Shown here: positions 50,848-64,000 of the stretch, piece by piece
Numbering within the stretch: the stretch's first letter is position 1
How the letters are laid out: every line of letters starts with the position of its first letter
NCBI RefSeq assembly: GCF_036588685.1
Contig: NC_086374.1
Span: forward strand, 96,348,001-96,412,000
Source of the DNA: Mytilus trossulus
Taxonomy: Eukaryota
Direction of reading: 5' to 3'
DNA length: 64,000 nt
Translations under genes and position numbers: made by a program
Notes under the pieces: model-generated
Database searches by the model: none
Seen by the model: only the letters and a program-made list of their open reading frames with translations
What the model was told of the DNA's origin: nothing

Positions 50848-53431
50848 CTTTATTGTTGTTAGATTTACACTTGCTAGTCCATCTGTCACGTTTTGTTTCT
50901 ACATGAAATCGATTTCCGTCTACATATATTTAGAATAATTTATTAAATTACGGCACACGGTTCATTTACGATGGATATTTAAATCATATGTACACGTCAA
51001 GTTCAACTAATCACCACAAACGGCTGCAATCGAAATATAAATTAAGAGTTCTACATCCGTTTATTCACTTAACGTTTTGAAAGAAAATATTAGATCATTT
51101 TGATATATAACAAGTTATACATACACTACAAAAATATATATATTTTAATTTATATACTTTTTCTTAATATATGTTTTATTTAATGTGAGCAAATCGACTA
51201 TTTTTTTTTTAACAACGTGAAAGAAATGTATTTTTTATATGAATAATACGTTTGGAAAAAGGCCAATTAAAGTCATCTTTAAAATAACATGAATATATTT
51301 TCTTATACTTGAATTCCTAAGAAGAAAAAAAAACACGTATGTATAATTTCATTAGATGTATGTTCAATTATAACACGTGATTCTGATTGGCTACTCTGTA
51401 ATTTCGCGTTATTCCTTAATATAAGCAACTTCATTATACACAATAAGATTTATCATTCATGATCACACGAGGTCCCACAATAAAGTGCACAGGTCAATTG
51501 AATAAAAACTTGAGAAAAATCGTGTTTTCATGATCCAGGCGATCCAGGCTAAAAAAAATGTAACTATAAGTTAGTATTGAATGCTTCTTTTTGTAACTTC
51601 ATAGGGTTTTAAAAGTGTTAACCGTGCGCACATATTTAGAATGAAGCACTTCCGCGCTCCATACAAAATGTACTTCATTCATCGCTTTTACAGCCCGATA
51701 ATGTTACAAAAAGAAGCTTTCAATTCTTAAATAAAAGAAAATACTTTTAAATTATCTTAAAAAAAATAAAATCTTCAAAAGGTATTACTTATTTTCATCT
51801 GTATGCAGATGCCATACCATGACATTCTCGGTAGAAATCGCCATTCGCAAAGTTTGGAGGAAAGTATAAAAAATAACAAATAAATATATAATGTAAGGTC
51901 AGCGTCAGACAAATAATAAACTTTTTGTTTGAGACTGAGAAACTGGTGAAAGGCGAGGTTTTATCGACGCTTTCCCCAGTTTTGTGCCGAATACAAACAA
52001 AGTTTATATTTTATGACATTGACCTTGTATTTTTTTCATACTGCAATTGAATAACTACATTGATTTGTATTTTTAAAGATAGCAACCCAAATTTCAAACT
52101 CATTTTCATCCCGAATGAACCCCCGATTTCATAATGAAATTGACCTCGCTATATCGTCTCCTTTACGTGCTCCATGATTCTTTGTTGATTATTTTTTAAG
52201 GTCACGATCGGAAACTTTCTGCAATTGAACCCAAAATTAAGAAGCCGCAATTTTTTTCGCTCAACAATAACAATTACAAATATTCTAATTCTCAACTACA
52301 AAAAAAAACTAGGGTGAATAGGGAAAAGCCTGAATGAGAGTATTTGCCAAGGAAGTTAATGTTTTGAAAAATTTAGTCGAAATAAAGCAAGTGGTGATAA
52401 TAAGAAGATGTGGTATGATTGCCAATAAGACCCAAAATGACGTTTAAAGTAAACAACTATAAATAAGTTACAGACAACCGACTTTGGACTTGGGAAGACA
52501 TAACGGGGCAGTTTTAAACATGCTTGCTGGCGCACAAACCCTCTCCTAACCTAGGACAATTGTGTAAGAGCATAACATAGAATAAACTATATAATATTCA
52601 GTTGAAAAGGGCTCAATTCATCAGATCCAAACAAGGCAGTGGGGTATACCGAAATCAGAGTTGTATATCTTACTTAGACTGACAACAAGGCACAAAAACA
52701 ATTAACAAAAAAGATTTATAGACACAAAATACAAATCTGACAGAACTCGCAGCTATACAGAAAGCTTGTTGAAAGCCAATACATGTAACTAATAAAAAAA
52801 AAACATGCATTATCAAGACTAAGATATCAATCAGGCCTGAGGGTTGCGTTCAATATCATAGTAGCTACATAAGGCTACGTAGATGTTTGACTTCTGAACG
52901 TGTAGCTAGCCTAGCTGCTATCTAGATCTATTTAGCAGCTAGGCAGCTATCTTTCAGTAGGTCGGGATGTTTTTCGTTTTTTTTCTAATTTTTCGCAGAT
53001 AAGGTGTGATAACCTAATTTATGATAGAAAGTCAGCACACACTTACTCTTCTGGTGACCTTTTCCTATTTATAGATGTTATCAGATGCGAAAATGTCTTT
53101 TTTTTCTGCAGCCCCGATTTTCTTGGTGCACACGCAGTTTTTACAATCGCTTTTTTTGTAGAATAATTGTTGGAGAAAATTAGCTTTATTCTTATTGTCT
53201 TGTTAAAGGCATATGGAATGCTTTTTGTGCAATTTTAAGGGGTGGGGTGGGAATGGGTTGTAATATTGATGTTTGTTTGAGAGCTTGTTATACAGATTTG
53301 TCAATATGAGTCCATCCTTCACTTGCGTCGCAGTGTCAATAAATGTGAATAATATGTTGAAATTGCGATTTTATCTTAATTAGAGAAAAATATCTTCTGT
53401 AGATATAATGATATTAACATCGAATAATGTC

Positions 53432-53756
53432 TCAAAGAACAGTACATGTTTCACTGATAGTCCTTGTTTTTCCATATTTTTTATTAAAGTTATTTTTTTC
53501 TGCACTCGTTTCTGCAACGTCAACTAGAATTGTAACATCTTGGCCAGAATCGTGTCTTTTTGTAAGCTCTTCTTCTTCTATCACCTGGATCTCAACTCCA
53601 TCCTTTCCAATAACTGGTAGGGAACAATACGTATCAGCAGGTTCTTCCATAAAATCATCGTGTCGACCAATCAGAAAGTACGTATTTAACAGACCTTTAC
53701 CTTTCACCTCTATCCTTCCGCGGTCTCTGAATATGTAGTCCTCATTTATAAGCAAA
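53432..53756 (-). CDS. GUCY1B2: sGC last exon with C-terminal CaaX
   Basis: tacag|[30 protein letters not shown]...SETCTVL-TGA. Confidence 0.92.
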
Positions 53757-56700
53757 CTGTAATGAGTAATTCAAAGCAACTGTATATTATACATACGCAT
53801 TTGTTTTTATTGATTTCGATCAGATTTGAGTTTAAATGGTTAGTGCTGTCTTGCTCAGATATAGTTGATAAGAATTTCATAAAATTTGTACTTAACGGTA
53901 TTATATCTTACTCATTGTTGAAGAACGCACGTCTGGTTACCTATCTTTGCTTACATCCTTTCTTTTGGACCAAGGTGTATAGCTGTATCATTGGCAATAT
54001 AAATATTTACCTAGGTATTTGTTACAGTGAATTGTGTAATCAGGGATTCTACAAAAATTTTAGTGATTATATAGTTAAGGGATTATATATAATCACTAAA
54101 ATTTTCAGGGATTATGTATAATCAATAGAAAACAAGAACTATCTTTAAAAAAAGATATCCGACGTATTTAAATTTGAGTATATGTTTAAAACTATCATTT
54201 CGATAACCTTCAGAAGCACACTGACTTAATGATGCAGGACCTCTTTAATAAAATCTCCATCTGAATGTAACTACAAGAAATTCTTTACTAAGTCTGGTTA
54301 TATTAAGGCAATAATATATAAGAATATTGTGATGACACATAAAAAAACTATTTGTCAAAAAATCTAGTGCAAATAAAAAGAAACAAATATACATTTACCA
54401 CTGTTTACATTAGACTTAATTCATGGTTAACAAAGCTAGAAACTATTGGTAGTATAAGTAGTACCTTTCTGTTTACATTCACCAAAACCCCGCGGAAATC
54501 TCATATGCGTAGGTGCGTTCTAAATGTCATATACCAGGTGTACGTTCGTACAACAAAGTTAGCATTAAAAACTATATAATTGTCCAGAATAAACAGCTGT
54601 CATGGATGCAAAGAGCTATTGGAGAAACAATTATTTTAATAAAAATATAAATCTTTGTAAGATCTAGTTCAAATATTTATAGTTTTTCACTTGCTTTCCA
54701 TCACGATATAATTTTCGAAACGTTTTTTCAAACACAACCAAATCACCCACCGTGACGACATTTTGTCCAATCACAGAAAGGAGATTCGAGCATGCGTAGT
54801 CTGTTGCCATAGTGAAGCGTCCTTAAGTTCAAAGTGCACAAAGCGAAACTATACCGACTACGTCGGAAAAACGTCAGGAATTATACAGAATAACTGAAAT
54901 GATACTAAAATATATAACATATTGAAATATAATAAAGGTTAACAGTAATATATCAAACTGGCATAATATAAAAGACACACAAATATTGAAATGATAAGCA
55001 CAATATAATTAGATGATAAGCAAAATATATATTTAATAATTGATGTTTTGTTTTTAATACTTACTTTATCAGTAATAATATCAAGCGAGCCCTTTTTGAT
55101 ACCGGCTGTATCAGTATTAATAATATCAAGCAAGCCCACAAGGGCGGCTTGGTGAAGTTAGTATGAAAATTTTAAATGGCATAATAATTATTCTTTTTAT
55201 CGTATTAGGGAATTTGTAGAATACTAATTACAATTATCAGTGATTATGTAAAATCACTGGTCATTTTCAGGGAATCTGTATAATCACTAATGATTTTAGT
55301 GATTCTACATAATCCCTGAAAAATCATGATTTCTACATAATCCCTGAAAAATCATGAATTCTACATAATCCCTGAAAAATCATGAATTCTTCATAATCCC
55401 TGAAAAATCATGAATTCTACATAATCCCTGAAAAATCATGAATTCTACATAATCCCTGAAAAATCATGAATTCTACATAATCCCTGATTATACAAATTCA
55501 CTGTAACATATATACGGCAAACATTTATTCACTAACTTGTGACGACGAAATCCACAATTTACCATGAAATTCTTTTTTAAAACGTTAGCAACACTTCCAT
55601 AAAATCAGAGTAATTTTGTTTACGAAAATGAACTATAGACACGTTTTGTATAAACGAAACTAAAACAGACTTAAATTGAAATTGTAATTGAAGGTGTAAA
55701 TACAAGTCCGCTACTAAATATTGGCGATAGTATTTTGTTATGAAAATCTCAAAAGGTTCTCTTTATTCTACGTCGGACATTCTATTTTATTCCAGTGTAA
55801 TTATCCATCATGTTATTGTTCTATTGTTATTTTTGCATACTTTGAATGACAATTTTTTTTACATCTCTACCTGTGTGACGTACATTTTGACGTCAAACAC
55901 CCGATTCTACACTAGAGTTGATGTTAAGCTAGTCATTCGGTCACAGGACTTGAAACCTTTGAGGGTTGATTTAACATACATAAATGAAATACAAAAATAA
56001 GTAACCAATGAAACGTGGTTGTGGAATTCGATACATGCTTTTTGGTGCTTCCTTGATAAATATTGGTTTGTTTTTGTTCTGATTAAGATTGTGACAAGGG
56101 GATGACTGCTGAACCCCTATTTTGACAATTTTACCTATTATGTCTGTTTTGTTCACGCATCGTTATCAATAAAATGGAATTTAATGTGACTTCATACAAG
56201 TGAGAGGTTAAGCGCAATAAAACTAGATTTAATCTACCATTTTCTACATAAGAAAATGCTTGTACCTAGTCAGGAATTTGACAGTTGTCCATTCGTTTGC
56301 TGTATGTAAACTTTTGATTTTGCCATTTGATTAGGGACTTTCCGTATTGATTTTTCCTCAGAGTTCAGTATTTGTGTGATTTTGCTTTGTACCGACCTGT
56401 AAGCGAGAGGACTAACATGTATACGTCCAGGAACGCCGTGACTTTCCATCCTTGATGCAGTGTTAACAGTATCTCCAAACAGACAATACCTAGGCATCTT
56501 AACACCGACCACACCCGCCACAACTGGACCGCTATGAAATCCTACTCTTATCTGAAATATAATGAAAGCGAATGGAATCAGCACTAAAATTGTAATCAAA
56601 AGATTTGTTAGATTGGCATTGTATCAACCAAATTGTTAACATTATTTGAAATACGTTTATATTAATTTAATTTTCGCTGTTAAGATGAACATAACATGCA

Positions 56701-59700
56701 TTAAACCTGCACATGAAGAGTAATATAAATAATAAAAACGAAGCATTGTTGTATATTACCAGCATAAATAAAAGCATCTATCTCAGTATGCTTATTTGTC
56801 CGTCAATCGATGCGAGACGCAACGCTGATCTGCAAGATAGCAACAGTATACAATGAACTGTTCACACAGATATGTGTCTCGTCTTATTTTCATGATTTCG
56901 ATAGTAAAATGCAAATGTTGAAATTAAAATAGCAATACTTTTAAAACATTTAAGTTCTGCAAAATATTCAATCAATTAGCCATGGCTAAAGGTACAAGGC
57001 CAAACAACCTATATATGATGAAACAAATGCATAGAAAATATAATTGAACTACAATGTAGCACTAGTGGTTCCCCACAAACGAACCTAATCACAAACTAAT
57101 ACATCTAAACTAAAGTTTCATATAAAATTGAGAAATTCCACGGGGACAACAACCCGACCAAAACAATATAACATGACTAAGGGGGTAGGTCAAAATAAAC
57201 TCCATGTAAATGATTAGACAACTGCAAACCAAATTGTATTGACCTATTGGTTCTTATATGGTCTTAATCACAAACTCATACTTTGGTGGCCTTCGTCTGT
57301 TGTCTGCTCTATGGTCGGGTTGTTGTCGCATTGACGCATTTCCCATTTCCTTTCTCAATTTTATTGTTTAACGCCACGACGACGCCGTGCATAATGAAAA
57401 AAGGTCCGAACATTTTTATTCAGAAATGACAGAAGACCGGGCATATAAAACTATATGTACCGACCACTTAGTGGGTAGGACATAATATGAAATATGGTTG
57501 AATGTTGATGGTATATGTCAACCCAACAACATAAGTTGATTAATAAGAATGACTAGATTCTGCAAGCATTCCGAGTATATTGGAATAAAACAACTCGCTG
57601 AGAAAACACAAATTTAATTGCCGTGTATTTCTAACAAGTTGCTTTAAATGGCAGAAATGTACATCAGATAACTTCAGACTGCATATAAATAAAATATGTA
57701 AAGCAAGCCAAATCAGGGTTTATTGTTTTACCTTCCTATCTGTACACATACAACTTACGGAACCAGCATTGTTGCTTAGTCTACAGTTTTATATTTTGTG
57801 CCTTGTGTACTATCATTTGTCTGTTTGTCTTTTTTCTATTTTAGCCATGACGTTGTCAGTTTATTTTCGATCTATGAGTTTGAACATCCCTCTGGTATCT
57901 TTCCCCCCTTTTTTTGCGACCTCGTTCAGCTCTTTCACTCAAAAATGATTTATTTAGTCTTTGAAAAAAACCTTTCATCATCCACCTGAAGTGATAATCA
58001 TGAAGCTGGATACTTACTTGAAGTGATAATCCTGTAGCTGGAGACTTTACTTTAGCCGCCTCCTCTACCATATCCATAGCAAAATTTGCCACAGCTTGCA
58101 CGTGAATCTCTTTGATTTCGGGACATCCATTGACTATCATATACGCATCACCTATTGTTTCAACCTTCAAAAAAGTGAACCACAAAAACAATGAATCCAC
58201 TGTTTTCAAAAGAAAGTATCAAAATTAACAATATCTTATTACAATTAAACTTATTGGTAATTGCAATAACATAGCACACACTGTATCAACACTAAAACAT
58301 TATAATCCTTCGAACAGAGCTCTGGTGATGACATATGTTTATCAGGCTCATACGGTTGTGAAAAGAAAACCAATACAGAGCTCCAAGGCAAATTCAAAAC
58401 GGAAAGTCCCTGATCATATGCATGGCAATATCTAAAACTCAAACACATGAAACGAAAGGACAACAACTGTCATATTTCTCACTCGGTACCGCCATTTTCT
58501 CATGTATAAATTGATGAATTAAACATGGTTTTGTAGCTAGTTGAACCTCTCACCTGTATAACAGTCACATTTTATTGGCAACCATATGTAGCCAAAACAA
58601 ATACAGACATACTTATAGGTACAAAAAAATGTACATATTGTGATATTGAATAAAAAGAAGTACAAAACAAAAATAGCGAACTCCGAGGAAAGTTCTAAAC
58701 GGTAAGTCCAGATGCAAATTGAAAATCAAAAGCTGAAACAAATCAAACGAATGAATAACAACCGTCGTATTTCCGATTTGGTACTTGATTACTTATGCAG
58801 AACCGAATTAAACCTGGTTTTGAACAGCGGTGTACTACTGTTGTCTTTATTTATAGTCATGTAATTAAACCTCTCACAAATAATATAGAAAATATTAAAA
58901 TACTGGAAAATCAAAATCCTAAAACTATACACATAATTATTATCTGTAAAAATTAAGAAATAATTGATGCAAGCTATACTTTTATGCTATTATTTTTGCC
59001 CGAGCGATAGTGAGGATTAAAACAACACGAATATAATGCCTTTCAATGTTAAAACTACAATAAAGTATAGCTTGCATCAATTATTTCTATTCTGAATAGG
59101 ACAATTAAGGTAATTTCTTTGTCCCATAGATATAAGTGTAAAAGCGTTTGTGTAGACTCTTCCATGAACCTCCCTTTTTTGTCAAGAAGCAAACGGCTGG
59201 CACTGTGATTTTTCAGAGGGAGAAGTTTGATCAGCCAGCATAAACGCTTGTCGTTTTTAGATAACATATGTCAATTTCGGGATGCAACACATTACAGTCA
59301 TAATAATTGAATTAGTAACATCATGTGTACCATTTTTAAAAGAGTTTAAAAGTGTTTTAAAGTTAAGGAAATATATTTAGTGCATGATAATTTGAAAACA
59401 TTCATTATTCTAAAGAAGTCAGTGTACGCATGTGCAAACATATTTTTTTTTGGATTTAGAGCATGGGTTTGTTCACAAAGCAAAAGAAGCACATCATATA
59501 AGAACATACTATAAAACGTCAGGCTTCAAAAAAACAAACGTAAAGCATTAGCCAGACAAACTGTGTATCATATGTGAGACTTACCAACGGACAGGCGGTC
59601 ACCACGGATAAATACCTCTTGTGTTGTTGCTTGCATGCAAACATAATTTAACGCCTTAACTCAAGTCAAAAACTTGATCAAATAAGCTACCAAATGTATT

Positions 59701-60736
59701 CCCTTACCTTATACACATCGTGTTCATTGGTTTTCTCATCAAACTTCGCATAGAGATTGTTCAACATGGTTACAACTTCCATAGGAGAACACTCAGAGGC
59801 TATGTTGGTAAAGGTAACTATATCACTGAAGAGAATAGTCACTACCTCAAATTTCTCTGAAATATAGAAGTAAATTGTATTATCACTTAGTTATTATTTA
59901 TTACAAACACACCCATCAAACACTTTCGTAGAAAGAAGAGACCAATGATGACACACCATGTGTAACCAAACTCATTTATTTATTTTCTAATTTCAACTGA
60001 GGATTAGAAAGCCGTACGTGCGTTTCATCAAAAAAAAATTCATTTGTGACGCTCGAATTAAAAAAAGCTTTAAAGACAAAATGTAGAACTACTCACGATA
60101 GTTTAACAGCCCCCTCTCGTAATAATTCTTATTTTGGGTATCTCAACTACAAATGTATTGCATTGCTAGGGAAAATGATTTCGGATAAGTGCATTAAATT
60201 CAATAAATCAGTACGTTTCACAATGATTAAGTGGGGTAAAAAAAAAACACACCTTTTCAATAATATGCGTTCGAAGCGGTATTCCAGTTATACCTAAACC
60301 AGAACGAACACTCATAGTCACAACTTAGACACTGAAGGCTGTAGAAGTACCAAACCCGTGAATAATTGTGCATAATTGTGGGTATATATCAAAAAACAAA
60401 TATCAAATTCCTCATGCAAAGTTGTTCTCAAATAGCTATAATTCACGTCAGTTTTAGTGAACATTTTGAATCAGTTCAATTTAAAACAATTAAAAATATT
60501 CGTTGTATTTAATACAAATTATGTTTTTATACAATAAGTAGAAAAATTACTCTACACTTCAAATTAAATGATCAAAATCAGAGCACTCACCTGCTGCTAT
60601 TGTTATTCCATTTTTTAAGTCATTTGCCACTTTCTGTGGGAGCATTTGGTACAATAATGCATCAGTTCTTTGCTTTTCTTCTTCCAGAAGACGTGACGTT
60701 TTCTTTAGTTCAACTGTTGTTTCATCTAACTTTTTA
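53432..60736 (-). CDS. GUCY1B2: Soluble guanylate cyclase, beta-2/atypical-like; 3' five exons (H-NOX and PAS exons lie outside the window or were not found)
   Basis: Exons 60736-60591, 59856-59708, 58164-58018, 56551-56397, 53756-53432; phases consistent. Coiled coil [14 protein letters not shown]; [11 protein letters not shown]; [11 protein letters not shown]; [32 protein letters not shown]; RG.IEVKGKG..TYFL; ends CTVL. Confidence 0.88.
54020..55508. mobile_element. Non-autonomous TIR element (TGT...ACA ends) with subterminal repeats
   Basis: TGTTACAGTGAATT-GTGTAATCAGGGA on the left, TCCCTGATTATACAAATTCACTGTAACA on the right; flanks TATT/TATA. Confidence 0.75.
55303..55486. repeat. 28-bp tandem repeat, about 6.5 copies, inside the right end of the TIR element
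   Basis: Unit ttctacataatccctgaaaaatcatgaa. Confidence 0.93.
56397..56551 (-). CDS. GUCY1B2: sGC exon
   Basis: ttcag|[39 protein letters not shown]...PLAY|gtcggt. Confidence 0.93.
58018..58164 (-). CDS. GUCY1B2: sGC exon
   Basis: tgaag|[16 protein letters not shown]...SPATGLSLQ|gtaagt. Confidence 0.93.
59708..59856 (-). CDS. GUCY1B2: sGC exon (start of cyclase domain)
   Basis: ttcag|(E)[39 protein letters not shown]...DVYK|gtaagg. Confidence 0.93.
60591..60736 (-). CDS. GUCY1B2: sGC exon (coiled-coil signalling helix)
   Basis: tgcag|[43 protein letters not shown]...|gtgagt. Confidence 0.9.
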
Positions 60737-60879
60737 CTGCAATTATATGTAAATCAAAAATTTATATTGACAAAATTGGGTGATCAACTCAAACAAACAG
60801 TTTAAGTTAATGCGACATTGATTGGGATCCTGCAGCCAAAACTTACTCCACAGACATAAACCTCAATTTAATACCAAAT

Positions 60880-61030
60880 TTAAACAAACATACCCATTAA
60901 TCTAACAAGTGCACAGTTGGTTCCCATCGGAATGCTGACAAACTGCTGGAAAATTCATCCTCTAAGTTCAACAATTAAGTTATAATGAGAAACTCAAGCA
61001 TACTGATCACTTGTTCTTCGGTGAACACGT
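60880..61030 (-). mobile_element. Penelope-like reverse transcriptase fragment
   Basis: Minus strand reads FQQFVSIPMGTNCAL, matching the Q..GIPMGTNCAP RT motif; degenerate. Confidence 0.6.
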
Positions 61031-61639
61031 TTTATTTTCGGGCTCAATTTAAACACAATGTTTAGAATTATATAAAAAAAAACATACCAAACGAATGCAT
61101 GAATATATTTGTATGTATATATTCATTTAGCTTTATATGACCTTCATTTCGGATTCTCGGACTTCATAATGGAGTCTCATATAGGATGCATTTTTGTTGC
61201 TATCTTAATCTATGCAGTATCTTGGATAAAGCTATACGTTAAGTTATCTAAAGCTACGTAGTCCTACGATATTGAACGCGCCGCAGTACTATAATTAGAG
61301 TTGCCACGGATTAAATTATGCCAATGTCAAATCAATGAACACTAGTCATTATTGTATGCTACTAAGGTAAATAAAACTTCATCCGCAGCGATTCCGATGG
61401 GAGCGATATGTCACTACAAACAAATGATGGCAATTTCATGCAGTGAAAATATACCAAGTGATGACTGTTTGTCGAATAAAGTTGTGTACGAATGCATAAA
61501 ATAGAAGAGAGAGTTGGTACAACACAGAGATTTTCAAACTGAAGTCAAAATAGAAAATATTTGGCCAATATAACATGCATTTCTTCCCAATATTGCGTTC
61601 TCCTCATCTAACGTTATTTCTGGAAAAAATGTGGACCCA

Positions 61640-62545
61640 TATAATTTTATTGACAAGACTCCAATAGAAAACTTGCATCTTGGTTATTTAAATGTTGGTA
61701 CAAGGAACGGATTGGGAAGACTGCCTATTGAATGTCATATAAAAACCAAACTATTATGTATTTCGCCAGGCTTTTCACCTCAAATGTGAATCCCTTATTA
61801 CATGATTTTTTTCAATTAACTAAAACTTTGGATTCTAGTGGCTCCTATTCATGATTCACTTTTGCAAAAGATATTCTTTCTGAATCTAACATTAATATTG
61901 ACAGACTAAAAACCTGTGATAATTTAAAACAATTAAAAAATATTAAAAGCTATATAAAACCCCAAATAAACTCATACTACAACAACCTGTTGATAAGTTG
62001 AAATCTATTGATGATAAAAGTAAATTAAATTTTTATAAAGGACTTCAGGCAAATCTATTGATCAAACCTTACCTCTCTAACTCAAATTTTGAATTTAAAA
62101 AAATAATTTCAAATCTTAGAATCAGTGACCTTTCATTATCAATTGAAAAAGGAAGGCATTTTAAAATTCTTTGCGAAGAAAGACTTTGCAAAAAATGCAA
62201 AGTACTAGATGATGAGAAACATTTCTTAATGAATTCAAATATTAGATTAACATATTATAATTGCATTAACAGAGAAAGAAATTCATTTGCTAATCTCACT
62301 GACAATGATAAAGTTATACATATACTTAACCCATCAACACCAACGCATGTGAATAAACTAGGATCCTTTATAAAAAAAAAAGTCAATGGAACTGAGGACA
62401 GGGGACCCTTTAAAATTTACCTGAATTTATGTATTTATATTGAGTTACTTAGTTATTGTTTGTATTTGTTTCTGCTGTTGTTATATCTCACAAACTGTAA
62501 CAGGTTACTAGTATATGGCAATAAAACTTTGAACTGAACTGAATT
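61640..62545 (+). mobile_element. 5'-truncated LINE 3' end (post-RT region), degenerate
   Basis: KLNFYK..KPYL..ISNLRISD..LSIEKGR..ERLCKKC..DDEKHFL; ends in AATAAA plus a (GAACT)n tail. Confidence 0.8.
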
Positions 62546-62781
62546 GTTATTTGTTTTACCTATAAAATACGCTTAGAATGCAAATATTTGAATTGTCTTA
62601 ACTCTCTAGATAAAAGCGAGGCTTACAAATCTCAAGGTGTACTTTACTGTCAGATTTTTTTTAACTCAATGAAATTATTGAAATAACTGAGGACCCACAA
62701 TATATGTCAAGGTTAACTGTTTGATGTTTATCAGACGCATGGGTTGAATATTTGTATCGGGTAGCAATCACTTTGAAAACG

Positions 62782-63407
62782 TACAGTTGTTGGCATGACA
62801 CGGGTTATGTTCTTCTCATATATGTTATGATGGTATGATACTAAACCCCTTACGGGAAGGATTGTGTCTGATGTTCATATGATGAAATCATAATCTTTCA
62901 GTCAGTTTAATTGAAGTCTGGAGCTGGCATGTCAGTTAACTGCTAGTAGTCTGTTGTTATTTATGTATTATTGTCATTTTGTTTATTTTCTTTGGTTACA
63001 TCTTCTGACATCAGACTCGGACTTCTCTTGAACTGAATTTTAATGTGCGTATTGTTATGCTTTTACTTTTCTACACTGGTTAGAGGTATAGGGGGAGGGT
63101 TGAGATCTCACAAACATGTTTAACCCCGCCGCATTTTTGCGCCTGTCCCAAGTCAGGAGCCTCTGGCCTTTGTTAGTCTTGTATTATTTAAATTTTAGTT
63201 TCTTGTGTACAATTTGGAAATTAGTATGGCGTTCATTATCACTGAACTAGTATATATTTGTTTAGGGGCCAGCTGAAGGACGCCTCCGGGTGCGGGAATT
63301 TCTCGCTACATTGAAGACCTGTTGGTGACCTTCTGCTGTTGTGTTTTTTTTATTTTGGTCGGGTTGTTGTCTCTTTGACACATTCCCCATTTCCATTCTC
63401 AATTTTA
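62782..63407. repeat. Well-preserved dispersed repeat
   Basis: Shares its core with 32480-32540; end box gggttgttgtctctttgacacattccccatttccattctcaatttta recurs at about 9075-9122, 46089-46136, 57317-57363 and 57123-57160 (reverse). Confidence 0.8.
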
Positions 63408-64000
63408 AAATAAGTCTTCAAAGAGAGATGAAAACTTAGATATTTGTTCAAAGGAGTAAAACCACAAAATCAATTTCTAAAAATATCATACAGTTCGCTT
63501 AGCAAACAATATTTTGTATTTCAATGAAAGATAAGTTAAAAAGAATTCTCTATACAATATATGAGATTAAGACATTCAAACGGAAAAGTGTATACCTATA
63601 AAGATGTACCATAGAAACATAATCGATCAAGAAATAATATCTCTTTTCATGTTTTTTTTTATCACTTTTGCCGTTGAAAAGTTCATGTTTTCATACAATT
63701 CTGTATAAAGCGCAGAAAATAAATTTCTAGTATAACGCTCATTGTTTTGTCTTATTTGATGAAATAAACGGATTTTTTTTAGCTATTACGCACGATTGAA
63801 ACATGGTTTGAAAACATGAAGTAGATTTTATTTTTTTAAACAATGAAGATAATTTATCATTTAGTTCTAGTATTATAATCAAACTTAAATAAAAAGTTAT
63901 ATTTAATAAAGATTGAATTGTTCATTCACATTTTTCGTGTTGAATTCAGAAATAACTTTTTCATGTCATACTCCGTGCTTGATTTAACATGGGGGTATCG

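Noticed and set aside
1155-60736. Functional gene cluster (amine synthesis, transporter, cGMP signalling)
   Set aside because: No sequence evidence of co-regulation; adjacency in an animal genome is insufficient without synteny or expression data.
52843-61283. Inverted gcgttcaatatc..ctacgtag motifs near 52846 and 61250-61280 as one element capturing sGC exons
   Set aside because: Short match, no TSD found, and the gene must continue beyond 61283; more likely two separate MITE fragments.

Overview
AT-rich, intron-containing animal genomic DNA. The dispersed repeat families and gene content suggest a bivalve, probably Mytilus (inference). Four protein-coding genes can be rebuilt from splice sites and homology. 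(1) A complete 12-exon tyramine/dopamine beta-hydroxylase on the minus strand (13502 to 1155, about 570 aa). (2) A 2-exon KCTD7/14-like BTB/POZ gene on the plus strand (27361-29739). (3) A 4-exon MCH1/nodulin-like MFS transporter on the minus strand (50847 to 36637, about 467 aa). (4) The last five exons of a soluble guanylate cyclase beta-2-like gene on the minus strand (60736 to 53432), ending in a CaaX box. About 12 kb is tandem repeat: a 72-bp array built from the TBH exon-1/donor junction, a 7.6-kb 30-bp satellite carrying HSE- and MCAT-like motifs, and a 3.5-kb 29-bp satellite grown inside a dispersed repeat. Mobile DNA includes a 354-nt hammerhead-ribozyme retrozyme-like unit plus relics, a 4.2-kb TIR transposon with decayed transposase (Academ-like), Helitron/Helentron-type MITEs, and LINE and Penelope-like fragments. 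Most long ORFs in the supplied track are repeat artefacts.
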